Shown: positions 38,666 through 48,699 of the stretch, one piece after another | How the letters are laid out: each line of letters opens with the position of its first letter | Position numbering within the stretch: position 1 is the first letter of the stretch | From: Chloroflexota bacterium | Lineage (GTDB): Bacteria; Chloroflexota; UBA11872; VXOZ01 | Length of the DNA stretch: 64,000 nt | Assembly (NCBI GenBank): GCA_965221905.1 | Contig: OZ244922.1 | Location: 1,216,001-1,280,000 of the forward strand | Reading direction: 5' to 3' | Notes under the pieces: generated by a model | Seen by the model: only the letters and a program-made list of their open reading frames with translations | Database searches by the model: none | What the model was told of the DNA's origin: nothing | Translations under genes and position numbers: made by a program

Positions 38666-39865
38666 ATGAGCCGTCGCGTCTTTTCGCTCTTGCTGCCGGT
38701 GTACGTACCCAGCTTTCTGCTGGCCTTTACGCAGGGACTCCTGATTCCGACGCTGCCCCTGTATGCCACGACCTTCGGCGTTTCATTTAGCCTGATAAGC
38801 TTGGCAGTTGCGGCACGCGGCTTAGGCACGCTTGCGATGGATCTCCCTTCCGGCATCATGCTGGAGCGCCTAGGCCATCGCAACGTCATGTTGCTGGGAG
38901 TGGGCGTGGCGTGCCTATCCCTGGTGCTCATGGGAATCATCGAGAACTTCCACGTGCTCGTCTTGCTTCGGTTACTCTCCGGATGTGGCGCGGCAATGTG
39001 GATGCTCTCGCGCATGGCCTATATCTCGGACGTAATTCCCTTGGAAGTGCGAGGTCGGGCCTTGTCGGCGTTTGGCGGCGTGAGCCGGATCGGTGTATTT
39101 GCCAGCCCGGCGATTGGCGGATTCGTGGGAGCGAGTTTCGGTCTGCGCACGCCCTTTCTGCTGGCGGCGGCGCTGGCGGGGGTGGCCCTTGTCATTGCGC
39201 TCCTGTATGTGCCTGAGTCACGCCAAATTACCAAAACCGAGCATCGCCGCCCCCACTGGCGGACCATGGTGCAAATCGTGAGAACTTATCGCCGGGACTT
39301 GCTGACGGCTGGCAGCGCTCAAGTGCTCGCGCAAATGATACGAGCGGGCAGGGAGATTATCGTGCCGCTGTACGGGGGTACCGTGCTTGGCTTAGATGTC
39401 GCTGCGGTCGGCGTGATTCTCACAGTTTCCGCCGCGATCGATATGTCTCTTTTTGGAATCGCCGGACTGCTGCAAGACCGCATGGGGCGCAAGTGGGCGT
39501 CGGTCCCTTCTATGATTATCCTCGGTGTGGGCATGGCTATGGTGCCGCTGACTGCCGGGTATGCTTCATTGCTCGCGGCGGCTGCAGTAATGGGGCTAGG
39601 CAACGGCATCGGCTCCGGCACGATGATGACCCTTGGGAGCGATCTCGCGCCACGGGATGCGATGGGTGAATTCCTCGGCCTGTGGCGGTTGATCGGCGAT
39701 GGCGGAAATTCCGGCGGACCGCTGGTGGTCGGTGCGGTAGCAGACCTCACGGGCCTCGCCCTCGCGGCAATTGTGCTTGCAGGCGTTGGGGCACTAGCGG
39801 CAAGCAACCTGGCGTGGTTTGTACCGGAAACCCGGAATCAGCGCGAAAGACGCGCCTTGATGTGA
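38666..39865 (+). CDS. MFS transporter
   Basis: ~12 TM helices, G.L.DRMGRK loop motif, RGRALS. Confidence 0.9.
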   Translation: MSRRVFSLLLPVYVPSFLLAFTQGLLIPTLPLYATTFGVSFSLISLAVAARGLGTLAMDLPSGIMLERLGHRNVMLLGVGVACLSLVLMGIIENFHVLVLLRLLSGCGAAMWMLSRMAYISDVIPLEVRGRALSAFGGVSRIGVFASPAIGGFVGASFGLRTPFLLAAALAGVALVIALLYVPESRQITKTEHRRPHWRTMVQIVRTYRRDLLTAGSAQVLAQMIRAGREIIVPLYGGTVLGLDVAAVGVILTVSAAIDMSLFGIAGLLQDRMGRKWASVPSMIILGVGMAMVPLTAGYASLLAAAAVMGLGNGIGSGTMMTLGSDLAPRDAMGEFLGLWRLIGDGGNSGGPLVVGAVADLTGLALAAIVLAGVGALAASNLAWFVPETRNQRERRALM

Positions 39866-40020
39866 TTCTATTTCTTGAGCTGTGGTTAGCGATGGAGAGA
39901 GTCGAAGAGGACAGCCCCGGCCTGGAACAGGGCAATGGAAAGTAGCGGGAACGGGTCGGATGTGTAGGCGGAAAGTGTACATGTCGGCAAAAAACTGGGA
40001 ATTATATATCAGTCTAAAGT

Positions 40021-40061
40021 AAAGCCCGACCGGATCAACTCCGGTCGGGCTTTCGCTTTTT
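40021..40061. terminator. intrinsic terminator
   Basis: AAAGCCCGACCGGA-tcaac-TCCGGTCGGGCTTT followed by T-rich tail. Confidence 0.8.
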
Positions 40062-40144
40062 GCCCTAACCATTGTCCCTATTGACGGCGGTCCAGCGCGA
40101 ATGAGAGACTAGGGAAGTGCATATAGACTGGAGGAAGTATCAAT

Positions 40145-40492
40145 ATGACTGAACGGGATACTGACTTGGAATCCGTAATTGAATTGAAAGGCGCGATAGA
40201 GGATTTTCGATTTCGTAATCAAACGGCTGACAAGGCAAGAAGCTTACTTAGGCTGTGCGAGGACGAATTGAATCGACTAGACGATGAAGAGAACAAGCGA
40301 GGAAAAGAGGGGCACCTTGAAAGACTCGCTTGGCGTGTCACTGTTGTTCAAGTCAAAACTGAAGCCCTTGAAACCCTTGTAGAGCAACTTGAAAAAGGCA
40401 AGGAGGACATAGGGGGAGCGGGTCGTCGCCTTACTGACGATATGCGCAGAAAAGGATACCCTCCCCCCCTTTGGGCGGTAGCTCCGGATTGA
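40145..40492 (+). CDS. hypothetical charged helical protein
   Basis: GGAGG SD, 115 aa, A-rich codon usage unlike neighbours. Confidence 0.65.
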   Translation: MTERDTDLESVIELKGAIEDFRFRNQTADKARSLLRLCEDELNRLDDEENKRGKEGHLERLAWRVTVVQVKTEALETLVEQLEKGKEDIGGAGRRLTDDMRRKGYPPPLWAVAPD

Positions 40493-40600
40493 CTCGCGCA
40501 AGAAGGATTGAGAGAATACAGGCAGGCGCAAGCTCTTGGTGGATGCTCGCCTGCCTGTATTCTCTCCATCTACCACGAAATAGAAAGGAGGTGAACCTAC

Positions 40601-40744
40601 GTGTTAGCGTTTGAAGCCCGTACTGGCAAGCCAACAGTCTCTATGCGATTGACCGTGATAAAGACTGTTGACGATTTGCTAGCACATCTGTTTGCGCGAC
40701 GCATCGCAGGTAACTGGTTTCAGTTGACGCTGCCCATGCGGTAG
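40601..40744 (+). CDS. 47-aa small protein
   Basis: GAAAGGAGGTGA SD then GTG; MLAFEARTGKPTVSMRLTVIKTVDDLLAHLFARRIAGNWFQLTLPMR; terminator follows. Confidence 0.6.
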   Translation: MLAFEARTGKPTVSMRLTVIKTVDDLLAHLFARRIAGNWFQLTLPMR

Positions 40745-40770
40745 TGCTGCCAACATAGCACATCTTAGGA

Positions 40771-40819
40771 GCCGTGCCTTATATCCCTCTTGATCACCAG
40801 GAAAGGCGCGGTTTTTTTT
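40771..40819 (+). terminator. intrinsic terminator
   Basis: GCCGTGCCTT...AAGGCGCGGT stem followed by a T run. Confidence 0.65.
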
Positions 40820-40844
40820 GATTCTCACAAATGCACCAGAACAC

Positions 40845-40873
40845 TTGACAACTCCCACTTTCTGCGGTACAAT
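40845..40873 (+). promoter_or_regulatory. near-consensus sigma70 promoter
   Basis: TTGACA-N17-TACAAT. Confidence 0.8.
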
Positions 40874-40879
40874 AAAAGC

Positions 40880-41133
40880 GTGGAAAGCGCACCAAAGGAA
40901 AGATGGAGAGCGTTCGGTACTGCCTTTCCGGCGCATGCCGGATTCCATCTTGCTTGCATCCCATGACCCGGACGCATTGCGGGAGCGGAATAGGCTTTCG
41001 GTCGTAGCGATGTCTTGCAGGAAATCTCGGTTGCCATGCGTCAGCCCCGGTTTGCGAGTCAGCGCGGCATTTGGCTGTTGTTTGTCCCGCGCACTGGCGG
41101 CCACCAGGCGGCCTAGAGCACTCTTCCACTTTT
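40880..41133 (+). ncRNA. candidate structured non-coding RNA, family not recognised
   Basis: starts 7 nt after the -10; 5' GTGGAA pairs with 3' TTCCAC followed by TTTT; several internal helices. Confidence 0.45.
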
Positions 41134-41231
41134 GTGCATAATCTGTCAGTGTAATACCTGAGACTTACAGAGATGACGGATGGCATATCTGTCGATTCTC
41201 ACACTGACGGTATCGTGTAAGGTAGGCAGTA

Positions 41232-41639
41232 ATGCCAGTAGATTTTAGCTTCTTTACCATCGGTTGGCTCTTGCTCCTGCTGGGGGCAGTAATCCATTTC
41301 GCTCTAACCCTTGCAACGCTGGCAGGCTACGGACCGTATGGGAAGGTCCTCACACCGCGTCTTGGGGCAAGCGAACTACCGGAATTGCAGGCATTCTCGC
41401 GCCACATTGCCCTGCACGTTCTCATCATGGGCGTGGCGTGGTGGGCGCTGGCATTTTGGGGAGTCCGTGACGGCCATTGGTGGGCGTGGATTGCGCTCTT
41501 GCTCATGGGCCTCGCGCACTTTGCGGCGTTCGCGTGGACGGAGACGTGGCGCGGAGGAAGCTGGCATCCGCCGGACTGGCAGTGGTGGGGGTTGCTGGTC
41601 ACGTTCGTGTTGGGCATGGTGCTGACGGTTCCGAGCTGA
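41232..41639 (+). CDS. small membrane protein (about 4 TM)
   Basis: four hydrophobic segments, G..WAW motif. Confidence 0.7.
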   Translation: MPVDFSFFTIGWLLLLLGAVIHFALTLATLAGYGPYGKVLTPRLGASELPELQAFSRHIALHVLIMGVAWWALAFWGVRDGHWWAWIALLLMGLAHFAAFAWTETWRGGSWHPPDWQWWGLLVTFVLGMVLTVPS

Positions 41640-41797
41640 CCGCGGGTGTGTGCAATGGAGTGTTGAGACATTCGGATTCTGGCGGCGAATCTGATGCTAG
41701 CCAGCGCTAGGCGTTTCCGCTACAATGGCTTCAATCTGCTGCGTGTTTAAGGAAGAAGACGGATTTCGGCTTCCACCGGAATGACGGGAGAAGACTG

Positions 41798-42421
41798 ATG
41801 GATCTAGCGCTTGGCGCACCGATCTCTGCTGAAGATGGGGTCGCGCTTGGCACGCTTGGCGGCATTACCATCGATCCGCTTTCGCGTACCGTAAAGGCAA
41901 TCGTCTTGCACCTCGATCAGGCCCTGGTCGTTTTTGCGCCGGTGGAGGTGAAAGCCGTGCGCGAAGGGCGCGCAACCACTCCATCGACCTCCGCTGAAGG
42001 GATCGTGCGCGTGCAGGTGCCCCTGGCGCTGGTGCGCGGCGTTTCCGGTAAGGAGATTACGCTTGCCCTCAGCCAATCGGCCTTGGGCCGAGCCTTGTCC
42101 GCGTATCCAGACGTAGACTCGATCGCCGGCGTACCCCTGGTACTGCGTACGAGTGCGGATGGCAGTGTGTACGCGGCTGCGGCCGGGCTGCCGGATAGCT
42201 TTGTGCCCGATGCCGAACTGGATGGCAATACCTTTGTCCGGGATGTCTACGCCAAAGTGGGGCATTGGGACGAAATGCGTGTTGACCCATTCACGCAGAA
42301 GCTTCAGAGCCTGAGAGTGGCCGGTACGCTAACGAACAGGAGAGCGGAAAGCCGCATTCCTGCGCATGCCCTCGGCAGCATCCATCGCCGCTTCATCACC
42401 GTCAAGCTGCCGCTGTTTTAG
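41798..42421 (+). CDS. PRC-barrel domain protein
   Basis: LGA.I.A.DG..LG.L..I.IDP....V..IV and a second KVG...VDP repeat. Confidence 0.65.
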   Translation: MDLALGAPISAEDGVALGTLGGITIDPLSRTVKAIVLHLDQALVVFAPVEVKAVREGRATTPSTSAEGIVRVQVPLALVRGVSGKEITLALSQSALGRALSAYPDVDSIAGVPLVLRTSADGSVYAAAAGLPDSFVPDAELDGNTFVRDVYAKVGHWDEMRVDPFTQKLQSLRVAGTLTNRRAESRIPAHALGSIHRRFITVKLPLF

Positions 42422-42696
42422 GGCCCCAGGCTGACACACCGCACTGCCTTTTCTGATTGGTATACTGAGCGACGCAAGCTGGCGGCTCTCTCATTCACAC
42501 CGCTTGATGGTTCGCTCAAGGTCGAAAATTGCTGTGGCGAGGTAAGACGAGACCTCCACATGTTTTAGCCAGCGCCAGCAGTCCTGATTATTGGCTGTTC
42601 CACCCTGGCGAGCCAGTCCGAAAGCATGGCGAGCGACTTGCAGTAGCCCTGCCATGAAGTCTTCGTTACAATGAGTTCTGCAGAATTTGTACTCAA

Positions 42697-43779
42697 GTGA
42701 AACGACCGATGCTGGAACTAATCGCCGAACTTACAGCAGCACACTCCCCTGTCGGCAACGAACGGGAGATAGACGCTGTGCTTCGCAGGCATCTCGACCC
42801 CTTGCCTTTCGACGTCTGGCAGGATCCTGCCAGCAACCTCATAGTCAAGATCGCGGGTGCCGCCGGCGATTGCCCGTTGATCCTGGACGCCCATAAGGAC
42901 GAACTCGGTCTCATGATCAAGCGCATCGAAGACGACGGCAAGATACGGCTCGCGAATCTGGGCGGCGTGTATCCTTGGAAGTACGGTGAAGGCCCGATGG
43001 ACATTCTGGCAGATGAGGGCACTGTACCCGCCGTGCTTTGCTTTGGCGCGATGCACGTGACAGAAGAGAGCCCGATCCATGAGGTACGCATCGCTGGCGG
43101 TCGGCAGCTCAAGTGGTCGGATTGTTACCTTGATGCGAAGCTCAGTAAGAGCGAGCTCTTGGCACATGGCGTGCATCCCGGCTCTAAGGCGGTTGTCTCG
43201 CGTGAGCGCAAGCAGCCGGTGCGCATTGGCGACTACGTGGGCACGTATGCCTTGGACGATAAGGGCGCGGTTGCAATTCTCATTTCTCTGGCAACACTGC
43301 TTGCCGGCAGCCCTCCGCCGCAGGACGTGTACCTGGTGTTTTCGAGTACGGAAGAGAACGCCGGCGGCGGCGGTCCTTTTGCGGCGCGCACGTTACCGGG
43401 AGATACGTACATAGCGTTGGAAATCGCGCCGGTGGCGGCGGAGTATGGCTTGGTGGCCGGCAGCGCCCCGGTACTGGTGTATAAGGACGCCTACAACGTC
43501 TACGACGAGGGATTGCTCCGGCGCTTTGCGGCTTTGGCTAAGGAGCTCAATCTCGAAGTGCAACACGCCGCCTTCGACTCCTACGGCACCAACGCCTCGA
43601 TAGCCCGCAAGGTAGCCGCAATCGGGCGGATCGCGGCGGTTGCTTTCCCGTGTGAGAACACCCACGGCTTCGAGATGATCCATCTCGACGCGCTGACGAA
43701 TCTCACGACGTTGCTGCTCGCGTTCATCAACCGCTGGCCGGCCATTCTTCAGGAAGAGCCGACGTCGCCGGACGCTTAG
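42697..43779 (+). CDS. M42 family metallopeptidase
   Basis: SP.G.E, AHKDE.G, LDDK, STEE, NTHG.E. Confidence 0.9.
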   Translation: MKRPMLELIAELTAAHSPVGNEREIDAVLRRHLDPLPFDVWQDPASNLIVKIAGAAGDCPLILDAHKDELGLMIKRIEDDGKIRLANLGGVYPWKYGEGPMDILADEGTVPAVLCFGAMHVTEESPIHEVRIAGGRQLKWSDCYLDAKLSKSELLAHGVHPGSKAVVSRERKQPVRIGDYVGTYALDDKGAVAILISLATLLAGSPPPQDVYLVFSSTEENAGGGGPFAARTLPGDTYIALEIAPVAAEYGLVAGSAPVLVYKDAYNVYDEGLLRRFAALAKELNLEVQHAAFDSYGTNASIARKVAAIGRIAAVAFPCENTHGFEMIHLDALTNLTTLLLAFINRWPAILQEEPTSPDA

Positions 43780-43917
43780 GCCGCTCGCAGTGCCGGTGGC
43801 AGGTCCACCCGGCGCAGCTTGAATGGGACTCTCGTCCCACCTAGAATGGTGGCTGAGCAGTCCTAATCCACGTGGTCGGATTTTGGCGGGAATCTCACGC
43901 CGGAGATCAGTGTCCCG

Positions 43918-46482
43918 ATGCCCAAAGCCTCCTCCCGGAGCATGACGCCGATACAAGAACAGTACTACCGCATCAAGCAAGACTACCCTGATGCGCTCCT
44001 CTTCTTTCGCCTCGGCGACTTCTACGAACTCTTTGGCGATGATGCCAAGATAGCGTCCGAAACCTTGCAGATCGTGCTAACCGCGCGCGAATTCGGCAAG
44101 AGCGAGAAGATGCCGATGTGCGGCGTGCCCGCTCATGCAGCCGAAGCCTACCTGGGTCGTTTACTCGCAGCCGGACACCGCGTCGCCATTTGCGAACAGG
44201 TCTCTGAGCCGGGGCGAGGGTTGGTGGAGCGGGCTGTTGTACGTGTTGCTACGCCGGGCACGATCGTGGACCCCGATCTGCTGGCGGCAAAAGAGAATAC
44301 GTACGTGGCTGCCATCCTAAACGATAAGAAGGGCGTAGGGCTGGCGTACGCCGATGTCAGCACGGGGGAGTTCGCTGCTACCGAGGTCCGAGAAGACATT
44401 GACGCTGTGCTTGCTGCTGAGTTTGGGCGACTGAAACCGGCGGAGTGCGTATTCCCCGAAGGCAGGACGCCGAATCTGCCATCCACTGCGCTCACCCCTT
44501 ATGCCTCTTGGCATTTCGATTTGCAGGAGGCGACAAGCACGCTGCTGCGCGTGCTTGGGGTCGGCACGCTCGACGGTTTTGGCTGTGGCGACCTGCCGTT
44601 AGCGACACGCGCCGCCGGTGGGCTGCTGGCGTACCTGGAAGAGACTCAGAAGTCGTTCCTTGGCGGCCTTGACGGGCTGCGCACCTATTCCCTTGATTCC
44701 TTCATGGGCTTGGACCCCGCCACCTTGCGCAACCTGGAAATCTTGCGCAATAACCGCACCCAGCAGGAAGAGGGTTCGCTGCTCGGCGTCCTGGATGACA
44801 CGCGTTCCGCGATGGGCGGACGCCTGCTCCGCCGGTGGCTCACGCAGCCCTTGGTGGAGGTGCCGGCAATCGAATCGCGCCTCGCTACGGTCGAAGCCTT
44901 GACGCAGAATCAAGTGCTGCTGGAGCGGATGCGTGAGCAACTTGGAAAACTCGCTGACGTCGAGCGGCTTGCCCATCGCGCCGTGCAACGACTGGCAACA
45001 CCCCAAGACCTGGCGCGCCTGGGTCGGTCGCTGGAGGCGGCAGCAAGGATCGAGGAACTTCTGAACGCGTCTTTGGCAGCCCCTATCCAGGATCGTGCGG
45101 CGCACCTCGATCCGGCCCCTGAGGTAGCGGCATTGATCGCCAGTTCGATTGGTGCGGAACCGGGGCAATCATCAATCAAGCCGGGCTATAGCACGGAACT
45201 GGATCAACTCGTGCGGCGTGCACAAGAAGCGCGCGCCTTCATCGCAAGCCTGGAAGCGAAAGAACGGCACGCCACCGGCATCAAGAACCTTAGAGTCGGC
45301 CATAACAGGGTCTACGGTTACTACCTCGAAGTGAGCAAGGGCGCGTTAGCCAACGTGCCGGAACGCTATATGCGCAAACAGACCCTCACGACCGGCGAGC
45401 GCTATAGCACCACGGAATTGCAGGATGCAGAGTCCCTGACTCTAAATGCGGAAGAGGAACAGACCGCGCTGGAACAACAGCTCTTTAGCGGCATTGTGGT
45501 GAGTGTGGCGGCGGAGGAGCGGCGATTACGGAAACTGGCACATGTCCTCGCCGGGCTTGACGTCTTTGCCGCGTTCGCTAGGATCGCAGTGCGCCGCAAC
45601 TACGTGCGTCCGGTGGTGGATGGGGGTGACTGTATCGAGATCATCGAGGGGCGTCATCCGGTAGTAGAGGTGACACTGGATGGCGCGCCGTTCATTCCCA
45701 ATGACGTGCGGCTAGATGCCGCGCAACAGATCATCGTGCTTACCGGGCCGAACATGGCGGGAAAGTCAACCTATCTCCGACAGGTAGCGCTGACGGTGCT
45801 CATGGCTCAGGTTGGCAGTTTCGTAGCGGCTCGATCAGCGCGCATTGGTATCGTGGACCGCATTTTTACGCGGGTGGGGGCGCAGGATGAGATAGCGTCC
45901 GGCGCGAGCACGTTCATGGTAGAGATGACGGAAACAAGCTACATCCTCACCCATGCTACGCCGCGATCGCTCGTGGTCTTTGACGAGGTCGGACGCGGCA
46001 CCAGCACCTACGACGGACTGGCAATTGCCCGTGCTGTCCTGGAATACCTGCATAATCACACGGGTCTCCATTCCAAGACCCTATTTGCTACCCATTTCCA
46101 CGAGCTTGCCGAGTTGGAAGGTACCTTGCCTCGCGTGAAGAATTCCCGCGTGGATGTGCTGGAAGAGCAAGGAAACGTGGTCTTCTTACACAAAGTGGTG
46201 CCCGGCGGAGCGGACCGATCCTACGGCGTCAACGTGGCGAAGCTCGCCGGGTTGCCACGCTCGGTGCTGCGGCGCGCGGAGCAGGTACTGCATGAACTGG
46301 AAGAGAGGCATTTGCGCGGCGAAACTGCGCCAGGACCCCGATTGAACGGTACGGATCAACTGCCGCTCTTTAGCGGCCCGCACCCGGTGGTAACGCAATT
46401 GCAGGAACTCGACGTAGATGCCATGACCCCGCTGGAAGCGATAAGCACGCTGTATGAACTCAAGAAGCGGGCGGAAGAGTAG
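43918..46482 (+). CDS. mutS: DNA mismatch repair protein MutS
   Basis: FRLGDFYELF, TGPNMAGKST, STFMVEM, DEVGRGTST, FATHFHEL, QLPLF clamp motif. Confidence 0.98.
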   Translation: MPKASSRSMTPIQEQYYRIKQDYPDALLFFRLGDFYELFGDDAKIASETLQIVLTAREFGKSEKMPMCGVPAHAAEAYLGRLLAAGHRVAICEQVSEPGRGLVERAVVRVATPGTIVDPDLLAAKENTYVAAILNDKKGVGLAYADVSTGEFAATEVREDIDAVLAAEFGRLKPAECVFPEGRTPNLPSTALTPYASWHFDLQEATSTLLRVLGVGTLDGFGCGDLPLATRAAGGLLAYLEETQKSFLGGLDGLRTYSLDSFMGLDPATLRNLEILRNNRTQQEEGSLLGVLDDTRSAMGGRLLRRWLTQPLVEVPAIESRLATVEALTQNQVLLERMREQLGKLADVERLAHRAVQRLATPQDLARLGRSLEAAARIEELLNASLAAPIQDRAAHLDPAPEVAALIASSIGAEPGQSSIKPGYSTELDQLVRRAQEARAFIASLEAKERHATGIKNLRVGHNRVYGYYLEVSKGALANVPERYMRKQTLTTGERYSTTELQDAESLTLNAEEEQTALEQQLFSGIVVSVAAEERRLRKLAHVLAGLDVFAAFARIAVRRNYVRPVVDGGDCIEIIEGRHPVVEVTLDGAPFIPNDVRLDAAQQIIVLTGPNMAGKSTYLRQVALTVLMAQVGSFVAARSARIGIVDRIFTRVGAQDEIASGASTFMVEMTETSYILTHATPRSLVVFDEVGRGTSTYDGLAIARAVLEYLHNHTGLHSKTLFATHFHELAELEGTLPRVKNSRVDVLEEQGNVVFLHKVVPGGADRSYGVNVAKLAGLPRSVLRRAEQVLHELEERHLRGETAPGPRLNGTDQLPLFSGPHPVVTQLQELDVDAMTPLEAISTLYELKKRAEE

Positions 46483-46904
46483 GTCGCGTAAGCCCTTGAG
46501 AAGCGCGCAGGTCCGGGAAAGTGAACTCGCGCCGTACTAGCCGGTGCCGTAAGCGGCGCCAAGTTCCGCTTAACCAGGGCTGGCGCGCGGTGCGTAGTTG
46601 CTCGCGGCCAGTCAGCCTTAGACAGTTTGCTAGAGAATTGTGTTGCGTAGCTCTGCTGATTTCCCTGGGTTGGGGATCTGGATTGGCAGCAGTCACCCTC
46701 ACCCCGGCCCTCTTCCTCTTGTGTGGGAGAGGGCATTTTCAGATTTTAGACAAAAAGAGCTTGTTTCGGAACATAGTTACGTTTGAAACAAGGTCATGCA
46801 TCGGTCCCCACAAGGAAATGCAACGGTCCCCCCGATTAATTTCAGGGGTCTCTACGAGGAATAGGAGATACGCCAATTCCGATCAGGGCCAGGCGAGGGC
46901 CTGT

Positions 46905-48302
46905 TCAAGGCAGTGGAAATGGTTCCCGCCCTGAAAGTCGGAAGAAGATGAAGGTATCGCCCCCAAAGTGGCGATTGAGGGATTCATTCAAGCGAATCGT
47001 CACCGGCTCTTGGCGGGAATCGAACTGCAACCTACCATACACGTCGTATCCTAAGTAGCCGGGCGGCAGCGTTAGCTCTCGTGGCTGGCCCCGTTGGTCG
47101 TTCACCCACACCACCCAACCCTCTAGGTCTTGTTCCTCATCGGGCATTAGCGGCGGACGGACGAACCGCACGGTTGTGAGACCGCTTTCGCGGTTAATGC
47201 TCGACCAAGCGCTGGCTCCCGCCAGGAGGCTTGTCATGAAGCGAAAGGCCGTAAGTGCCGGACGGGGAAGGATGCCGCCGACGTTGTCTACGTACTCAGT
47301 TAGGCCTTTCCTGCTCTCGAATCCGGCGGCGCCAATGGTGTCGATGGCCCCAAAGTAGAAGGCTTGTCTGGCGATACTGGCCGTCGCGGAAGCGAGGAGT
47401 TGAGCGACGGTGCGAGACTGTTCGTCCGGCGCAATGCGCCGCTCGTCTTCTGCTCCCTGGCGCACGATGGTTCCGTCCCCGGTCACGTCGCCGTAATGAC
47501 CAAGCTCCCCGATGATAAGCGGTAGATGGTTCTGCGTGATATTGCCCACGGCGACGCTGATCTCCGCCAGCCATGGTTGGAGCAGGTCGGGATGATCGTA
47601 GAAGTGCACGAGCAGCGCATCCGGCAGCACTCTTCGACCCAAGAGCAAGCCTAATACTACCTGCAGGAACGACCGCGTATCACGCCAGGTGCGGTATGCT
47701 TCGCCGTACATGTAGACGCTCACTAGAGGATCGCGCTGTTTCACGGCGCGGTGGCCCGATACGAAGCGGTCTACGTACCATTGCATGCGTTGGATATCTT
47801 CGGTATAGATGTCGTGCAGATTTTCTTCATTGCCGATGATGATTGCGCTGGGCTCGAATTCGCCGGCGAGATTGCCGAGGTAACGTCCAAAAGGATCAGC
47901 GCCGATGTCTTTGGGAATTGGCACAACGAGGTGCTTTTGCCACCGGCCGAGTTGCGTTATTTCCCGGCGCAGACCGTAGAGGTTGGCGTCGGTGAGTTCC
48001 TCGAAAATCCCTTCGCGCCTGCGCTCCAGGTAGAGGCCGGCTGTGGTGTCGACGGCCAATGCACCCGTGACAAAGCCATCGGGCGCGAGCATGCCGGGGT
48101 TAACGGTTATGCGGTGCGACAGGCGGTAGGCCATGGCCGCTGAGGGGCGGTCAGTGAGGCCAAGCTTGATCAACTCCTGTCCCTGGCCGAGCCCGAGCCG
48201 AAAGTTGAGATTGGATTGCTTAACACGCCGATGCAGCGCCAGCAACTGGAAGTCTTGCGATGCTCGCGCCGGGTTAAAGAGCGATGCGGGGCGGAGACTC
48301 AT
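46905..48302 (-). CDS. hypothetical protein with a glycoside hydrolase clan A-like TIM barrel
   Basis: IIIGNEENL, VHFY, LIIGELG spaced like acid/base and nucleophile glutamates. Confidence 0.5.
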   Translation of the reverse strand: MSLRPASLFNPARASQDFQLLALHRRVKQSNLNFRLGLGQGQELIKLGLTDRPSAAMAYRLSHRITVNPGMLAPDGFVTGALAVDTTAGLYLERRREGIFEELTDANLYGLRREITQLGRWQKHLVVPIPKDIGADPFGRYLGNLAGEFEPSAIIIGNEENLHDIYTEDIQRMQWYVDRFVSGHRAVKQRDPLVSVYMYGEAYRTWRDTRSFLQVVLGLLLGRRVLPDALLVHFYDHPDLLQPWLAEISVAVGNITQNHLPLIIGELGHYGDVTGDGTIVRQGAEDERRIAPDEQSRTVAQLLASATASIARQAFYFGAIDTIGAAGFESRKGLTEYVDNVGGILPRPALTAFRFMTSLLAGASAWSSINRESGLTTVRFVRPPLMPDEEQDLEGWVVWVNDQRGQPRELTLPPGYLGYDVYGRLQFDSRQEPVTIRLNESLNRHFGGDTFIFFRLSGREPFPLP

Positions 48303-48699
48303 ATGGGTGTGCCTTCCCCGGTAACGGTGCTAATGCCCTAAGGGAGGTGAATGGGAAGTGTACGTTCCAAACGGGAGAATTTCGGAGAAATTAGGAGAAT
48401 GGGAGCGCAACGATCAGAAACTTACTCAATTAGTATACCGAATTCACGACCAAAGTGAAAGAAGGCAGCTTTGTATAGCCAACATACTGCAATGTGATCG
48501 GGCTTCTCTAAGTGATTGGGCAGAGTCGATGGGAGAACAAGAGAATGCCCTCGGAGGCGGAATGGCAGAGCGCCCCGTGAGATGCCCTTATTTCTTGACA
48601 ATGTGGCGTCCGCTGCACCATAGTCTTGGTAAGCGTGGGTGGTTTCTGCCAAGCGCTGTGAATCGGCAGGCGGCGGTGTAGCATGATGGAGGGAGTGTT

